Source: Caecitellus pseudoparvulus (taxonomy: Eukaryota > Protista > Bigyra: Bicosoecida). Taken from it: DNA of 64,000 nt. The notes under the pieces are model-generated. The model made no database searches, was not told the DNA's origin, and saw only the letters and a list, made by a program, of their open reading frames with translations. The translations under genes were made by a program, and so were the position numbers. Below, piece after piece: positions 24,703 to 35,327 of the stretch (position 1 is its first letter; each line of letters starts with the position of its first letter). The DNA is taken from positions 79,724 through 143,723 of the forward strand of contig CBFFRQ010000087.1 of assembly GCA_965644315.1 (NCBI GenBank), written 5' to 3'.

Positions 24703-26925
24703 TCAATCGCTGTCGTCGTCAATGTCCTCGACACATTCCTCAGACGCGGGCTGGGGCGATACGCTTGGCCCTGCCTGTCGTGACGGCACACTGAGCAGGG
24801 TGGGCGTGAGGGCCCCCCAGTGGCCCACCAGCCACCCCCCTCCAGGCACTGCTGCCCCCAGAGGCAGCCCCCCACACCCGGCACGTGCCAGCAAGCTCTG
24901 CCGCTTGGGCCCGAATGCCGCCATAGCACGTGCTAGCGCTGGTGCGTTGGGCATGCGGGCTTGGGCCGGCAACGTGTCTGTGAGCAAGTCACGCATGGAG
25001 GTGCGGGCGCCTGGTGCGTTACACACACCCTGCCGCAGCAGGGCCAAGTTGTCCCGCCGCAACGTACGCAGGGCGAAGAGGGGCGGCTTGCGCAGCGGCC
25101 GAAACGCACGAGGGGCGGGCGCCGCATTGGCCACGGCCGCCGCCCGAGCCGACAAAGTCAACGCATATGCCTCCGCCGACACAGCCACAGTGCCTGTTGC
25201 AGGGCTAGTGCTGGCGCCCGCCGCCCCTGCCGCGTCCTCGCCCAGGCCAGGGTCGTCGGCGCGACGGCCAAGGTGCAGGGCGGCATGAAACGCACCAGCG
25301 AGGCGGTCCGCCGTCGCCCATGTGTCTGCCGCAGTGGCAAAGTGGCCGATGTCAGTGAAGAAATCTGGTGCGTTGTGGGCGAGGAAGGCTGCCACTGTGC
25401 CTCCATCGTAGGCAGTGCTTGCAGCGGTGTGGTCGGGGTCGCTCTCGAGCACCCCGGTTTCCGGGTCCCGTTTGGCGTACAGCAACTTGCCGAGGGCGTG
25501 CAGGGGCGGCAGAAACGCATCGCGGACACGGCGGTGAGATGCCGATGTCAGCGCATCGCGTTCACCGGACCCCCTTCGGTCGTGCCCGACCAGCAGTTGC
25601 AGCGTGTTGATGGCGTGTCGGAGGTCGCCTGAACTGCCCTCTGCGATGCAACGCAGCAGGTCGTCCGAGTCACACCCATGCGGCGCGTGTGTGGAGCCTG
25701 TCCGCCTGCGTTTGACGCTGCCGCCAACGCCCCTGGCGCCTGCGAGGTTGGCGACACGAGCCAGGGCTCGGCGCATGCGACCTGGTGGCACGGGCGGCAG
25801 TGTCAGGACCAGGCTGCGAGGGTGGTGCACGATGTCCGCACCCCATTCCCGCACGAGGGCAGGCAGGCATGCCGTCTCTCCCACTGCTGGGCCAGAGGAC
25901 ACACACACCGCTACAAGTGCACGCGAGGCTGATGCTGAGCTGTGGGCGCTGCGGCGGAGGTGGTCGGAAACCGCTCGGAGGGCGGCGTCGCCCACGGCTC
26001 CATGCCGTGTTCGCGGAACACTGTCCAGGAGGATGACCGAGTGTGGGCCGCAGCCCTGTCGGCGTGACGTGACTTGTGGCTTGTGGGCAGGGGGCGTCGG
26101 GTCACTCCCTGCCACGGCCAGCGGCGCATACGCAGATGCGCTGCCAAGAAACGCATCAAAACAGCCCCCCGCGTCCACCCACTCCACATCTGCATCTCCC
26201 TGCCTCTGGAACGCCTCCATGGGTGCCTGGGCGGAGGTGTGTGGCAGGTACCCCCCCTGAGCCCCCCCCTGACCCCCCTCACTGCTCCACCTGTGCACCG
26301 GCACGCCGGCTTCCTTCGCACACACCTGCAGGGCTGTGCTCTTGCCTGTTCCGGGTGGGCCCACTAGGAACAACAGGCACGGCCTCTGGGGGTGTTCCCC
26401 GCTCATGCATGCCTGCACCTCTCGCAGGCGAGGCTTGTGCCATGCCAAGTCAACCGAGTCAACGGGTGCGAAAGCTTCGTGCCAGGGAGTGGCAGCGGCA
26501 GGGGGGGGTGAGGGGGGCCTCCATACCCGCTCCCGCTTGGTGCCCCCCGTGCTGGGCTTCCGAGATGCAGTGCGGCCGCGCTTGGGCTGCGGCAGAGGTG
26601 CGCTGCTGCGTTGTGGCAGCACTGGCAGGGTTGGCAGCTGGCTCGGCTGCCCAGGTGGAACCAGCGTCAAGCCCAGCAGAGATGCGAGGGAGTGGGGGTT
26701 GCTGGCACTGGACGTGGATGTGCAGGGGAGGACGACAGCGTCTTCATCCGAGGAGCTGCCCAAATCGATGAAGGGGCTGTGGGAGGCTGGCACCGTCGAA
26801 GGTGCGGCTTTTGCTCCGGCGCTGCCGCCTGCCGTTGCGCGACGCTTGCCAGGGCCAGATGGCAGCCACACATCGCTGTCGCTGTCGCTGTCGCTGGCGA
26901 CGTTCACAATGAGTGGACTTGCCAT
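24703..26925 (-). CDS. RAD17: Cell-cycle checkpoint clamp loader RAD17/Rad24-like AAA+ protein
   Basis: Motifs PW..FAP...DLAWHK, Walker A GPPGTGKST, GDLRHAINTLQ and RDAFLPPLHALGKLLYAKR, and an acidic C-terminus EDIDDDSD. Start is inferred at MASPLIV. Confidence 0.85.
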   Translation of the reverse strand: MASPLIVNVASDSDSDSDVWLPSGPGKRRATAGGSAGAKAAPSTVPASHSPFIDLGSSSDEDAVVLPCTSTSSASNPHSLASLLGLTLVPPGQPSQLPTLPVLPQRSSAPLPQPKRGRTASRKPSTGGTKRERVWRPPSPPPAAATPWHEAFAPVDSVDLAWHKPRLREVQACMSGEHPQRPCLLFLVGPPGTGKSTALQVCAKEAGVPVHRWSSEGGQGGAQGGYLPHTSAQAPMEAFQRQGDADVEWVDAGGCFDAFLGSASAYAPLAVAGSDPTPPAHKPQVTSRRQGCGPHSVILLDSVPRTRHGAVGDAALRAVSDHLRRSAHSSASASRALVAVCVSSGPAVGETACLPALVREWGADIVHHPRSLVLTLPPVPPGRMRRALARVANLAGARGVGGSVKRRRTGSTHAPHGCDSDDLLRCIAEGSSGDLRHAINTLQLLVGHDRRGSGERDALTSASHRRVRDAFLPPLHALGKLLYAKRDPETGVLESDPDHTAASTAYDGGTVAAFLAHNAPDFFTDIGHFATAADTWATADRLAGAFHAALHLGRRADDPGLGEDAAGAAGASTSPATGTVAVSAEAYALTLSARAAAVANAAPAPRAFRPLRKPPLFALRTLRRDNLALLRQGVCNAPGARTSMRDLLTDTLPAQARMPNAPALARAMAAFGPKRQSLLARAGCGGLPLGAAVPGGGWLVGHWGALTPTLLSVPSRQAGPSVSPQPASEECVEDIDDDSD

Positions 26926-27164
26926 TTGGCCTGATCTAGCGGTTGCGTGGCGCCTCTGGACAGTGCGGCGGCCTTTGCAGTGTGCGGCTTTTGGTTGCGC
27001 CCAGCTGCGCAGCTTGCAAAAATTCGGACCAATGCACGGGTGTCGAGCAGACCGGCCACACCGGGGGGAGTGTTGTGATCTGTAATGTATTGTTGATTGT
27101 GTCGGCTGTGCATAGTTTCGCACTTCTGCTCCTGCGGAAGATCTGCCGAGTTGCCGCCTGGCCT

Positions 27165-27180
27165 GCGGAAATTGAGCCAC
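27165..27180 (-). promoter_or_regulatory. Candidate core-promoter motif in the RAD17/HAD divergent intergenic region
   Basis: Exact 16-nt match to 29478-29493. Confidence 0.4.
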
Positions 27181-27349
27181 TTGGCACCTCTCTTCTTCTC
27201 CCCCCACAAAACCCCGTCTGCAGCACTTCCGCTGGAATTTCAAAGCCTTGAACACTATCACTGAAGAAACGAAGTATAACAGCGCAGCCTCTTTGTCAGT
27301 ATCGCCTGCTAAACCAAGCACACCGCCCCTTCGCGTGCACACCACCAGG

Positions 27350-28436
27350 ATGGCAGCATCCCCTGAGCCAGGGCTGACAGGCACACCGCAGCCTGCCGCC
27401 GCTGAAACAGGCAGCGACCCCCATGAACTGCTTGCCTCTGGACGGCCACTTCCGCAACCCATCTTGGGGGCTGTGGTTGACCTGGATGGCACCCTGCTTG
27501 ACTCAGAGCCTATCTACTTCCAGTGCTACAAGCATGCAGCGGGCAGGTGCGCATGTCAGGGCAACGCAGCAGAGTGCTGCCTCCCAGGTCATGCAGCTCA
27601 CTGCATTGTTTCACCCCCCCCACCCACCTCCCTCTCTCCCTTTCGCAGCTTTGGTGTGCCGTATGAGGTGCGGGTGGGACGAGGGGCACACCTGGGGTCC
27701 TTGCCTCAAACAAGCCTCAGCCAGGCCCACACCCCCCGACAACCCTCACTTTCCTGCGCAGCTTGAACGGGACCACGCGCAGATCATCGGCAGGCCAGAG
27801 GTGGCAGGTGCAGAAACGCTCATCGCACACTTGAAGCTGGAGGGCGTGACGCCGGGGCAGTTCTTGAAGGTGCGCGAAGTCGAGGCAGTGCGATGGCTGG
27901 CAGCCCCCCCCCCCCTATGCACACCCCTCTCATCCTCCTTCCAGGCCCGTGATGAGAAGTTCAAGGAGCTGATCGGCGATGTACAGGCCCTGCCAGGTGC
28001 AGTGCAGTTGCTGCGTTGGTTGAAGGAGGAGCTGCACCTGCCAGTGGCAGTGGCCACTTCCAGCAGCCGCGAATACTTGCCGCTGAAACAGGCAAAGAAT
28101 GCCGAGCTGTTCAGTTTCGTGGACGCTGTCGTGTGTGGCGACGACGATGTGGTGGGCGCTGGCAAGCCGGCACCGGACATTTTTCTGGCTGGCGCAAAGG
28201 CACTGCACTTGCCACCCACCAGCTGCATTTCGGTGGAAGACGCCATTTCCGGCGTCAAGGCAGCAACTAGCGCAGGCATGTGGACTGCCTGCGTGCCGCA
28301 CCCCAGCGTCCCCGTGCAGCAGTATGTGGAAGCTGGCGCCGACCTCATAAGCCCGGGCGGCTTGCTGCCTGTTCTGAGCTGGCTCAAGGCGGCTCTGGAA
28401 GCGCAAGTCAAAACAAGTGGGGGTCAAGGCGAGTGA
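27350..28436 (+). CDS. HAD-superfamily phosphatase (HDHD1/pseudouridine-5'-phosphatase / GPP-like)
   Basis: Motif I DLDGTLLDSE, ATSS, GKPAPDIF and VEDAISGVKAA. Three inferred introns, including a 19-nt exon at 27649-27667. Confidence 0.85.
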
Positions 28437-28497
28437 CGGGGGCTGCATTGCGGCGGCAGGGCGGGGTCTGGCCCGGTGTGCGTTTGGGCGAAACGGC

Positions 28498-29444
28498 TCA
28501 CACTTGTTCCGCGAGTAGGTCCAGCCGCACTGCTGTTCGCCCCCCCTCGGCGTCCTCCTCACCCTCCTCGTCCACGTGCACAAAGCGAGGCTTCATGGAC
28601 AGGTCGAAGCCTTCCTCGGCCAAGTACCCGCGAGCTCGGATGACGCTCTGCACCATATTCCGCACCGCATCAGCGCCGATGCCGACAATGCACACCCGCC
28701 TAGCCTCCCGCACACGCCCGGCAATGGCACCTGCCACTTTGGATGGCTGGCTGGCGTTGCCGCACCGCAGCGTGTCTGCCTGTAACGCAGCAGCGCTGGC
28801 GGCGGGCGCGCTGCTCTTGCGCACATGCAGCATGACAGCGTTCGGCCCCACAGCCTTGTTCGCGGCAGGCTTCACAATGAGGTCGAAGCCGTCCTGGGCC
28901 ACGTACTGCCGAGCAACTGCCAGGCTTTTGACTGCTGCGTTGATGCTTGACGCGCCGATGGCGGCGAGGGCGGGTGGGTCCCCCTTGCGGGCCGTGTGTG
29001 CGACACTGCCCGCTACGCGTTTCGTGGAGGAGGTGCCTGCCACCAGCAGCACACGCTTGTCCTCAGGCCCAGCTGCCAGGGCATCCGAATCAGCGCCTGG
29101 CATGCCGATGTCGCGTGTGCTGGGTGTGGACCGCTGTGCCTGCTTGCGGCCGCCGGCTCGGCCTGTGGGCGGGTGAAACGCAGCAGGTGGGCGGCGCGCG
29201 GCAGTGCAGGCGCAGGAACACACACACCTCTACGACGGCCCTGGCGTGGCCCTGTCTTGGCAGGCGCAGGGGCGGCGTCGGTTGGCGGCACGATGTCCAC
29301 ACCACTGCGGCAGGTGAGGCGAGGCGCACTGGTGCTGGTGCTGTGCTCTGAGTCACTCTCGCGCTGGCAAAAGTGGCAGTGCCTGACGCACGGAGGAGCA
29401 GCGGACATGAAGGATGTCTCGGTGTGGGCTTGCTCAGCAGCCAT
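28498..29444 (-). CDS. Tandem SpoVS-domain (Alba-like fold) protein
   Basis: Two repeats resemble bacterial SpoVS: VAGSVAH..IGASSINAAVKSLAVARQYVAQDGFDLIVKP and PSKVAGAIAG..IGADAVRNMVQSVIRARGYLAEEGFDLSMKPRF..RTAVRL. Exons 29444-29392, 29304-29228 and 29162-28498 join in phase. Confidence 0.85.
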
Positions 29445-29477
29445 CTTGGCGTGGAGCTGCGGTGGAGGGGGTGGCCA

Positions 29478-29493
29478 GCGGAAATTGAGCCAC
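29478..29493 (-). promoter_or_regulatory. Candidate core-promoter motif GTGGCTCAATTTCCGC upstream of the SpoVS-like gene
   Basis: Lies 34 nt before ATG 29444. The identical 16-mer occurs at 27165-27180. Confidence 0.45.
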
Positions 29494-29815
29494 GTGAGAG
29501 TGCTTTGCAGCGTGTGGCAGGCTGGCAGCAAGTGGACAGAGGGCAGCGCAATGCTTCGTGGGCATAACGTGTTGCTAGGATTTGCCACTTCCCTGTTGGG
29601 TCGTGTGGCAGTGTGTACCACGACGCCCCATTGCTGGGTAGCGCCCCCCCTCATCAACACAGCCAATCCATCACGCACCGCCCTCCACACACAGCTCCTC
29701 CGCGAAACGCAGGGCGCAGCAGGCGGCAACACTCCACATCCACCCAGCCTGTGCATTGTGTGACGAGGCCGGGGACAGAGCACGCACGTGAACACCAACA
29801 CTCCCTGCTCCACCC

Positions 29816-32800
29816 TCACACCTTGCTGTCTCCGGCACCCCCCCCTCCAGCTGCTGTGAGAGGGTTCGGCACTGCCACAGCCCCCGCTGCGGCAGCACTG
29901 GCCGCACCCCCCGCCACAACGCTGGGTCGGCGCCCCGTCCAGGCTTGCTTGGGCTTGGACTTGTGCAGGTCGTTCAGGGTGTTCAGCTGCTCGTACAGTG
30001 CGTCCAGGACAGCGTCGGAGACGAAACGCCGCGTGGAACGGAAGGGTTTGCCCTCCAACTCTTCCTCCAGCTTGTCACGGGGCATGGGGCGATAGGCAAG
30101 TGCCTTGGAGGAGCGGGGGTCTAGAATGTCCGCACACCCAGCCACGGCGCCCAGGTTGGTGTTGTTCTCCCACACGCTGGACCAGAAGCAGTACCACAGG
30201 GCACAGGCGGGGTGTGAACGCAGCAGGGCCATGCGCTGGAACAGGAACTGCAGACCAGCCTTGTGTTTCTCCATGAGGCCAGTCATGTCTGGGTTGGTTT
30301 CCCAGGTTGCCAGGTACCGTGCGAGGTCGGCGGGGGACATGGCGCTCGCGTCGTACACGTGCAGCCAGAAAGCGGAGGAGAGGGTGGCTTCCTTGTCGGC
30401 CTCTTCCTTGCGGAATTTGGCGCGGTACTCGATGCACTTCTGGCGCCAGCGCGGCAGGTGCGTGGAGATGATGCGAGAGTTCTTGGGGTCGTTCAGCAGC
30501 GCGGCGGCCTTTGTCCCGCGCACCTCGAACTTGTTGTTGAAACCCACTGCCTCAGCCGACAGCGTCGTGGATTCGTTGGAGAAGTACGCCATTTGCCCTG
30601 TGCGCGGCTTGCGGGCCTCACCATGCCCGTCGTTGTACCGCAGTGAGAATTTGAAGCCTCGCGCCATCTCCTTGCTGTCCTCAGCAGCGACCTGGGGGGG
30701 GGGCAGGGGGGGCGGCATGTGCGTGGCGGGCAGGCAGGCAGTGTGTGGCTGTGCGTGGCGGGGGGTGACTCACATTGACTCGCGGGCGGTGGAAGAACAG
30801 GTGCACGCGGATGGTGGAGTACACCGTGCGCGTCTTGGTGTTGCCCTCGCTGTCGCGGTACGTCTCCGTGCCGTCTTCCACGGTGCGCGTCACCCACTCG
30901 TCGTGTTCCACGTGGAACAGCTCCCCCGACATGTCAGCTGCGCGCAGCTGTTCGCGCACGTGGCGCCGCCGGCGCACTTCGGGGGAGCTGTTCTTGGCTG
31001 CGAACTCGAGAATGTTCTCTTCCCAGATGAACGCATAGTCGTCATCGTCGTCGAATGCCAGCACGACGTGGAAGGGGTACGTGTACACGATGGCTTTCGC
31101 GAAGTGTGTGCGGGAGGAGTTCTTGCCGTCCGCCACACCTGCGTCACTGTCCCAGAACGCGTCCACACCTTCCAGCTCATTCATGATGAAGGCCCGTGCC
31201 GCGGCACGTTCATACGCATAGTGAAAGTGTTCCGTAATGCGCTTGCGCCCGACGTCGGCCGTGATGCGTTGCAGCTCCACGAGGCGTTTCGCGACGGCTT
31301 CGTCCTGCCCCCGCAGCAGCAAGCTCTGCCAGAAGGGGTGCCACACACGCAGCTTCACTTCCTTCTCCAGGTCCAGCAGCAACTCCCCACCCTTGCCGAC
31401 AAAGGTGCCGACGAAGCCGCCCTTGCGGTGGCGCCCCACGTTCTCGAACTCCAGCGCGCCCCAGCAGAACTGCACCATGCTGCGCACAGCCGCAAAGCCC
31501 CACAGCACCATGAGCAGCATGACCAGGGCATTCACGCCGTTGGCCACGTTGATGAGGATGCCCATGATGGTGGAGGTGTTGGGCAGAATGGCGGAGGAGC
31601 CGATGAGGCCGAAGGCGATGGTGAGCAAGTTCGCCACGCGACCGGAAACCTCCATCACGTCTGCCTGTGCGTTCAAGAAGGGCGACGCGATGAACGCGAA
31701 GACCACCATGATCACCAGCACACCCAGGGACAGTGCTGTCTGCAGCAGCACCCTGTCGAACAGCAGCACGACAAGCAGGGCTAGAATGAGCTTCACAAGC
31801 ATCACCAGCACCTTGTAAAACGCCCACTTGCGCTCGTAGCTGTCGTACAAGAACAGGTACGGCGAGCTCAGCTGCCGGGGGTCCGTCTGCATGTCTTCCT
31901 CGTACATGGCGTCGGTGTACTCGACCCGCTCCCCCGTCTCGTCGTACCGCGAGTTGGGGTCCTCTCGCGACCCCACGGGCTTGTTGCGCTGAATCAGCAG
32001 GTACGTTCGGATGGGCAGGCCCAGTGTGAACACTGCGACGAGGAAGCCTGCCACCACCTGGCTGGCAGTGTAGTACTCCCATCCGGAACAGTCGCAGGAG
32101 ACAGAGTCCAGGGCACCGCCACGGTCTGTCTCCTTGCAGTCCACCCCTCCCGCACCCAGTGCCTGCAGCGCCCTGCCAGCTGTCGCGTCACACACGAGCA
32201 GTTGGAAGGCGGAGCGGGACACGGGCAGGTACAAGGAGAAGGCGGCCGTGAAGATGTACTTGATGGCTGTGAGTGTGCGCTTGCTCTCGGTGGCCAGCAC
32301 ATCCCACGTCTTGGCTTCCTTGCCTTGGCGGATTTCGTCCATTTGCAGGGACGAGGTCATGCACATGGCCCAGAGATAGGCAAGGATGAGCAGGACGGCG
32401 ATGACGACGATGGTGATGTAGATGTACAGCGGGTTCAGGGAGGGCACGACGAAGGAGATGTCCAGGGAGATGATGGAGGAGACGTTCCCGAACACCAGCT
32501 TGGCGGAGCGCATGGCATCAGACGCCACGCCGGCGATGAACAGCGACAGCAACTGCGCGAAGTCACGCAACACCTCCAGCTTCACGAACGAGAACAGGGA
32601 CACCGTCGCGCCAGCTGCCGTGGCCAGTGCGAACACGAGCTTGTCGCGCGACTCCGTGTACATCTCAGCGGCGTCCTGGAACGAGACAAGGCTGCGGCCT
32701 TTGGCGAGGCCCGACGCCCAAAAGTCCGCACCCGCCGCCAGCCCCACCTTCAAGTCCGTCGAAATGGCCGCAGTCTCCTCTGCCGCCATGGCTGCCGCAG

Positions 32801-34103
32801 CGGCGGCGCCCTCGGACACAGCGGCAGGCAGCGCAGCCGAGGAGAGGCGGCGCACTTTATCCCCCACTGCGCCGGCGACGCGACCAGCACCCTCGGCTGC
32901 GCGACCAGCGCCCTCGGATGCCGCCGACGCGACCGCCGTGGCAGCTGCGGCAGCTGTGGAGGCCCCCTCCTCAGCTGCTGCGGAGGCTGCTGCTGCAGCA
33001 CGGGCGATGGCTTCGCTGACGGACGGAACGGGCGCAGAAATGTCCACGTCCGTCTCCAAATCCCGCACGACAGCCTTAGTCTTCTTGCTGACGGTGCCGA
33101 CAGCCGAGCCAGTGGCGGCAATGACCTTGCCGCCATCTGCCGCAGCAAAGGTGGCCGCTGTCGCGCCGCCCTCCAGCACTGCACCGCCCACTGTCATGCC
33201 GGCAGTGGTGCCGCCAGCGGCCTTGCCGCCCCCCGCCCCCGCCAGGGGGTTCTTCACCTTCACGCCGGCTTTCTTGATGAAGGTCTTCGCAGCAGATGCA
33301 GCTTGGGATCGGTTCGGGTTCTTGGTGGTCACGCTCACCTGTAGGTCGGCAATGTCCTCGCCACTGTACATGGGCGGAGTCACACCGGCGAAGCAGCAGT
33401 GTGCCGGCTGTGTGAAGCGGGGCGCAGAGGGGGCGATGAACAGGCCCTCGTACGGCGCCGGCGGCTCGTCGCCCTCTGCGTCGCGCACTGCGATGGCCCC
33501 TGGCGCGATGGCGGAGTCCTCCTGCGCCCGCCACTCCCACTGCTCACCCTCCACACCAGCCGCCACCTGCACTGCACCTGGGTTGGAGCCGTCCAGCACG
33601 ACGCAGTCCACGTAGCAGTCCTGTGCGCGAGGAAGTGCACGGGTGGCACACTGGGTGTTTGAGGGGTACTGCATGGCCGGCACAGGGCCCACGCACCTTG
33701 TCGTCGCCTTCCGTGTCCCATTGCACCAGCACCCTCACACCAGCGCGCAGTGCAGCAGGCGCCATGGGGCACCGACTCGGAAACGAAGGCACAACGACGA
33801 AGGAGCTGCGCCGATCGAGATGAGGGGGGTGGAGGCACGCTTTGCGATAGTTTCCAAGAAGTACGCGGGTGCTGCGCAGCAGGGCGGGACGCACCGGCCC
33901 AGGATCGGCTCATGTGCGCCGCCGGGTGCGGCGTGGACGAAGTCGCTGCCCGACACCTCGGCCAGCGTTCCAGCACACCACACGAAGCCAATGTCAGCAA
34001 CGGCGACAGAGACGGGGTCAGCGTCATCCTTTGCTGTGATTCCATCTGTTGCATTCAGCACCAGCGCGACGTCGCCCACTTTCGGGGCGTCACTGGCCGC
34101 CAT
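29816..34103 (-). CDS. Conserved-looking multipass membrane protein of unknown function (TRP-like C-terminal membrane region)
   Basis: ORFs 33735..34130, 30681..33692 and 29816..30718 are linked by GT-AG introns (e.g. GTCAAT|GTGAGT..ccccag|GTC near 30770/30692). About 9 TM helices and the motif SPYLFLYDSYERKWAFYK. Confidence 0.7.
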
Positions 34104-34587
34104 CGTGCACTGCTGCGGAAGTTGACGCAACCCACGGCGTGGTCGTGGGGGCGTGTCGTCGCCTCTTCAGCCCTGCTCGAAGCAAAGGCTGGGGATAGCA
34201 GTGTACAATGAAATGTGTAGAGCGTAGATTGGCTGCCTTTCTCTGCCCCTCCCAACCAGCTCCGCGGCGGCTCCTCGTTGACACGCCGTTCTCAAGAGCA
34301 GAAGGCGCTCTGAGCGCTAATACGCACATTCCCCTGGTCCGTGCATTGGTGTGTTCAAAGCACTTCATCCCCAGTGGCACATGAAGTAGTGCAGGCGATG
34401 CACACGCTGCCCCATGTGGCGCTGCAGGGGTGACTTGGCCGACAGTAGCTTGCCAGCACCTCTCTGTCCACCAGAGAGCAGCTCCACAAGCGGAACTGGG
34501 CAGAGCCAGAGCAGGTGCTGCGTTCCTCTGCAACTATGCTCTGCTTCATAGGCAAGGCATGGGTGCGGGGGGGGGAACTGCACAGCT

Positions 34588-35147
34588 TCAGCGCCCCGAC
34601 CCAGCACCACCTTGCAACGCATCGAGAGGGTCAGCGTACGGCTTACCCTGCTCTGCAATGATGAGGGCAGCCTGCCGCACGGACTCCAGCAGCTGTGCTG
34701 ACTCCTCTGGGCTCAAGGCTTTGTCCTTGGAGCGCTCTTCGTCGGCATCGCGCTGGGTTTCGTTGCGAAACGCCGCCGGCTTGTCTGAGCTCAAGTACGC
34801 ATGGCCTTCCTTCTCTGCACCACAAGCGGCAAGAGGCAATGCAGTGCTGAAGATCAATATTTTCGTTCATCGTGTGCCCAAACCCGCCAGACCGACTCCA
34901 AAGCGAGGACAAGGCGCTGATGCGCCGCCTGCGGAATACGAAGCACGCACCCTTTGCGCCAAAGAAAATGGGGTACCCAACAGCCCCGAAAATAAGGGAC
35001 AGTGCCAGGGGCACCTTCAGTCCATGTGGGATCCTGCAGGAAGGGTTCATGGACCGGTGGGGCCGCCATGTACTGGGCGCAGCTGCAGCGCCGTGTCACG
35101 CACGCCTTCGTGTCCAGGTACGCCTGTATGGCGCGCCGCAGCACCAT
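34588..35147 (-). CDS. Small single-pass membrane hypothetical protein (multi-exon)
   Basis: Putative exons MVLRRAIQAYLDTK, IPHGLKVPLALSLIFGAVGYPIFFGAK and a charged tail, flanked by GTGCGT donors. 3' end uncertain. Confidence 0.35.
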
Positions 35148-35327
35148 GGCTGGCAGGCCAGACTAGCGCAGTGGAATATAAACCCACTGGGCAACAGTGC
35201 ATTGGCTGGGTGAAAACGGGGCCTGGGTGGGCTTTCTTGGCAGGGTTGTTTGTGCCGCAGGCCTAACTGCCACACAAGCAGCACCACTTCACACTTTCCA
35301 GCAGGCACCCCCCCCCCCCTGCAAGCT

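Noticed and set aside
26926-27492. N-terminal 190-aa extension of the RAD17 ORF overlapping the HAD gene start
   Set aside because: It is probably open-frame run-through across the divergent promoter in GC-rich DNA. The same applies to the ORF-track starts of F1-beta, DRC1 and the fibrocystin-like gene, which begin within introns.
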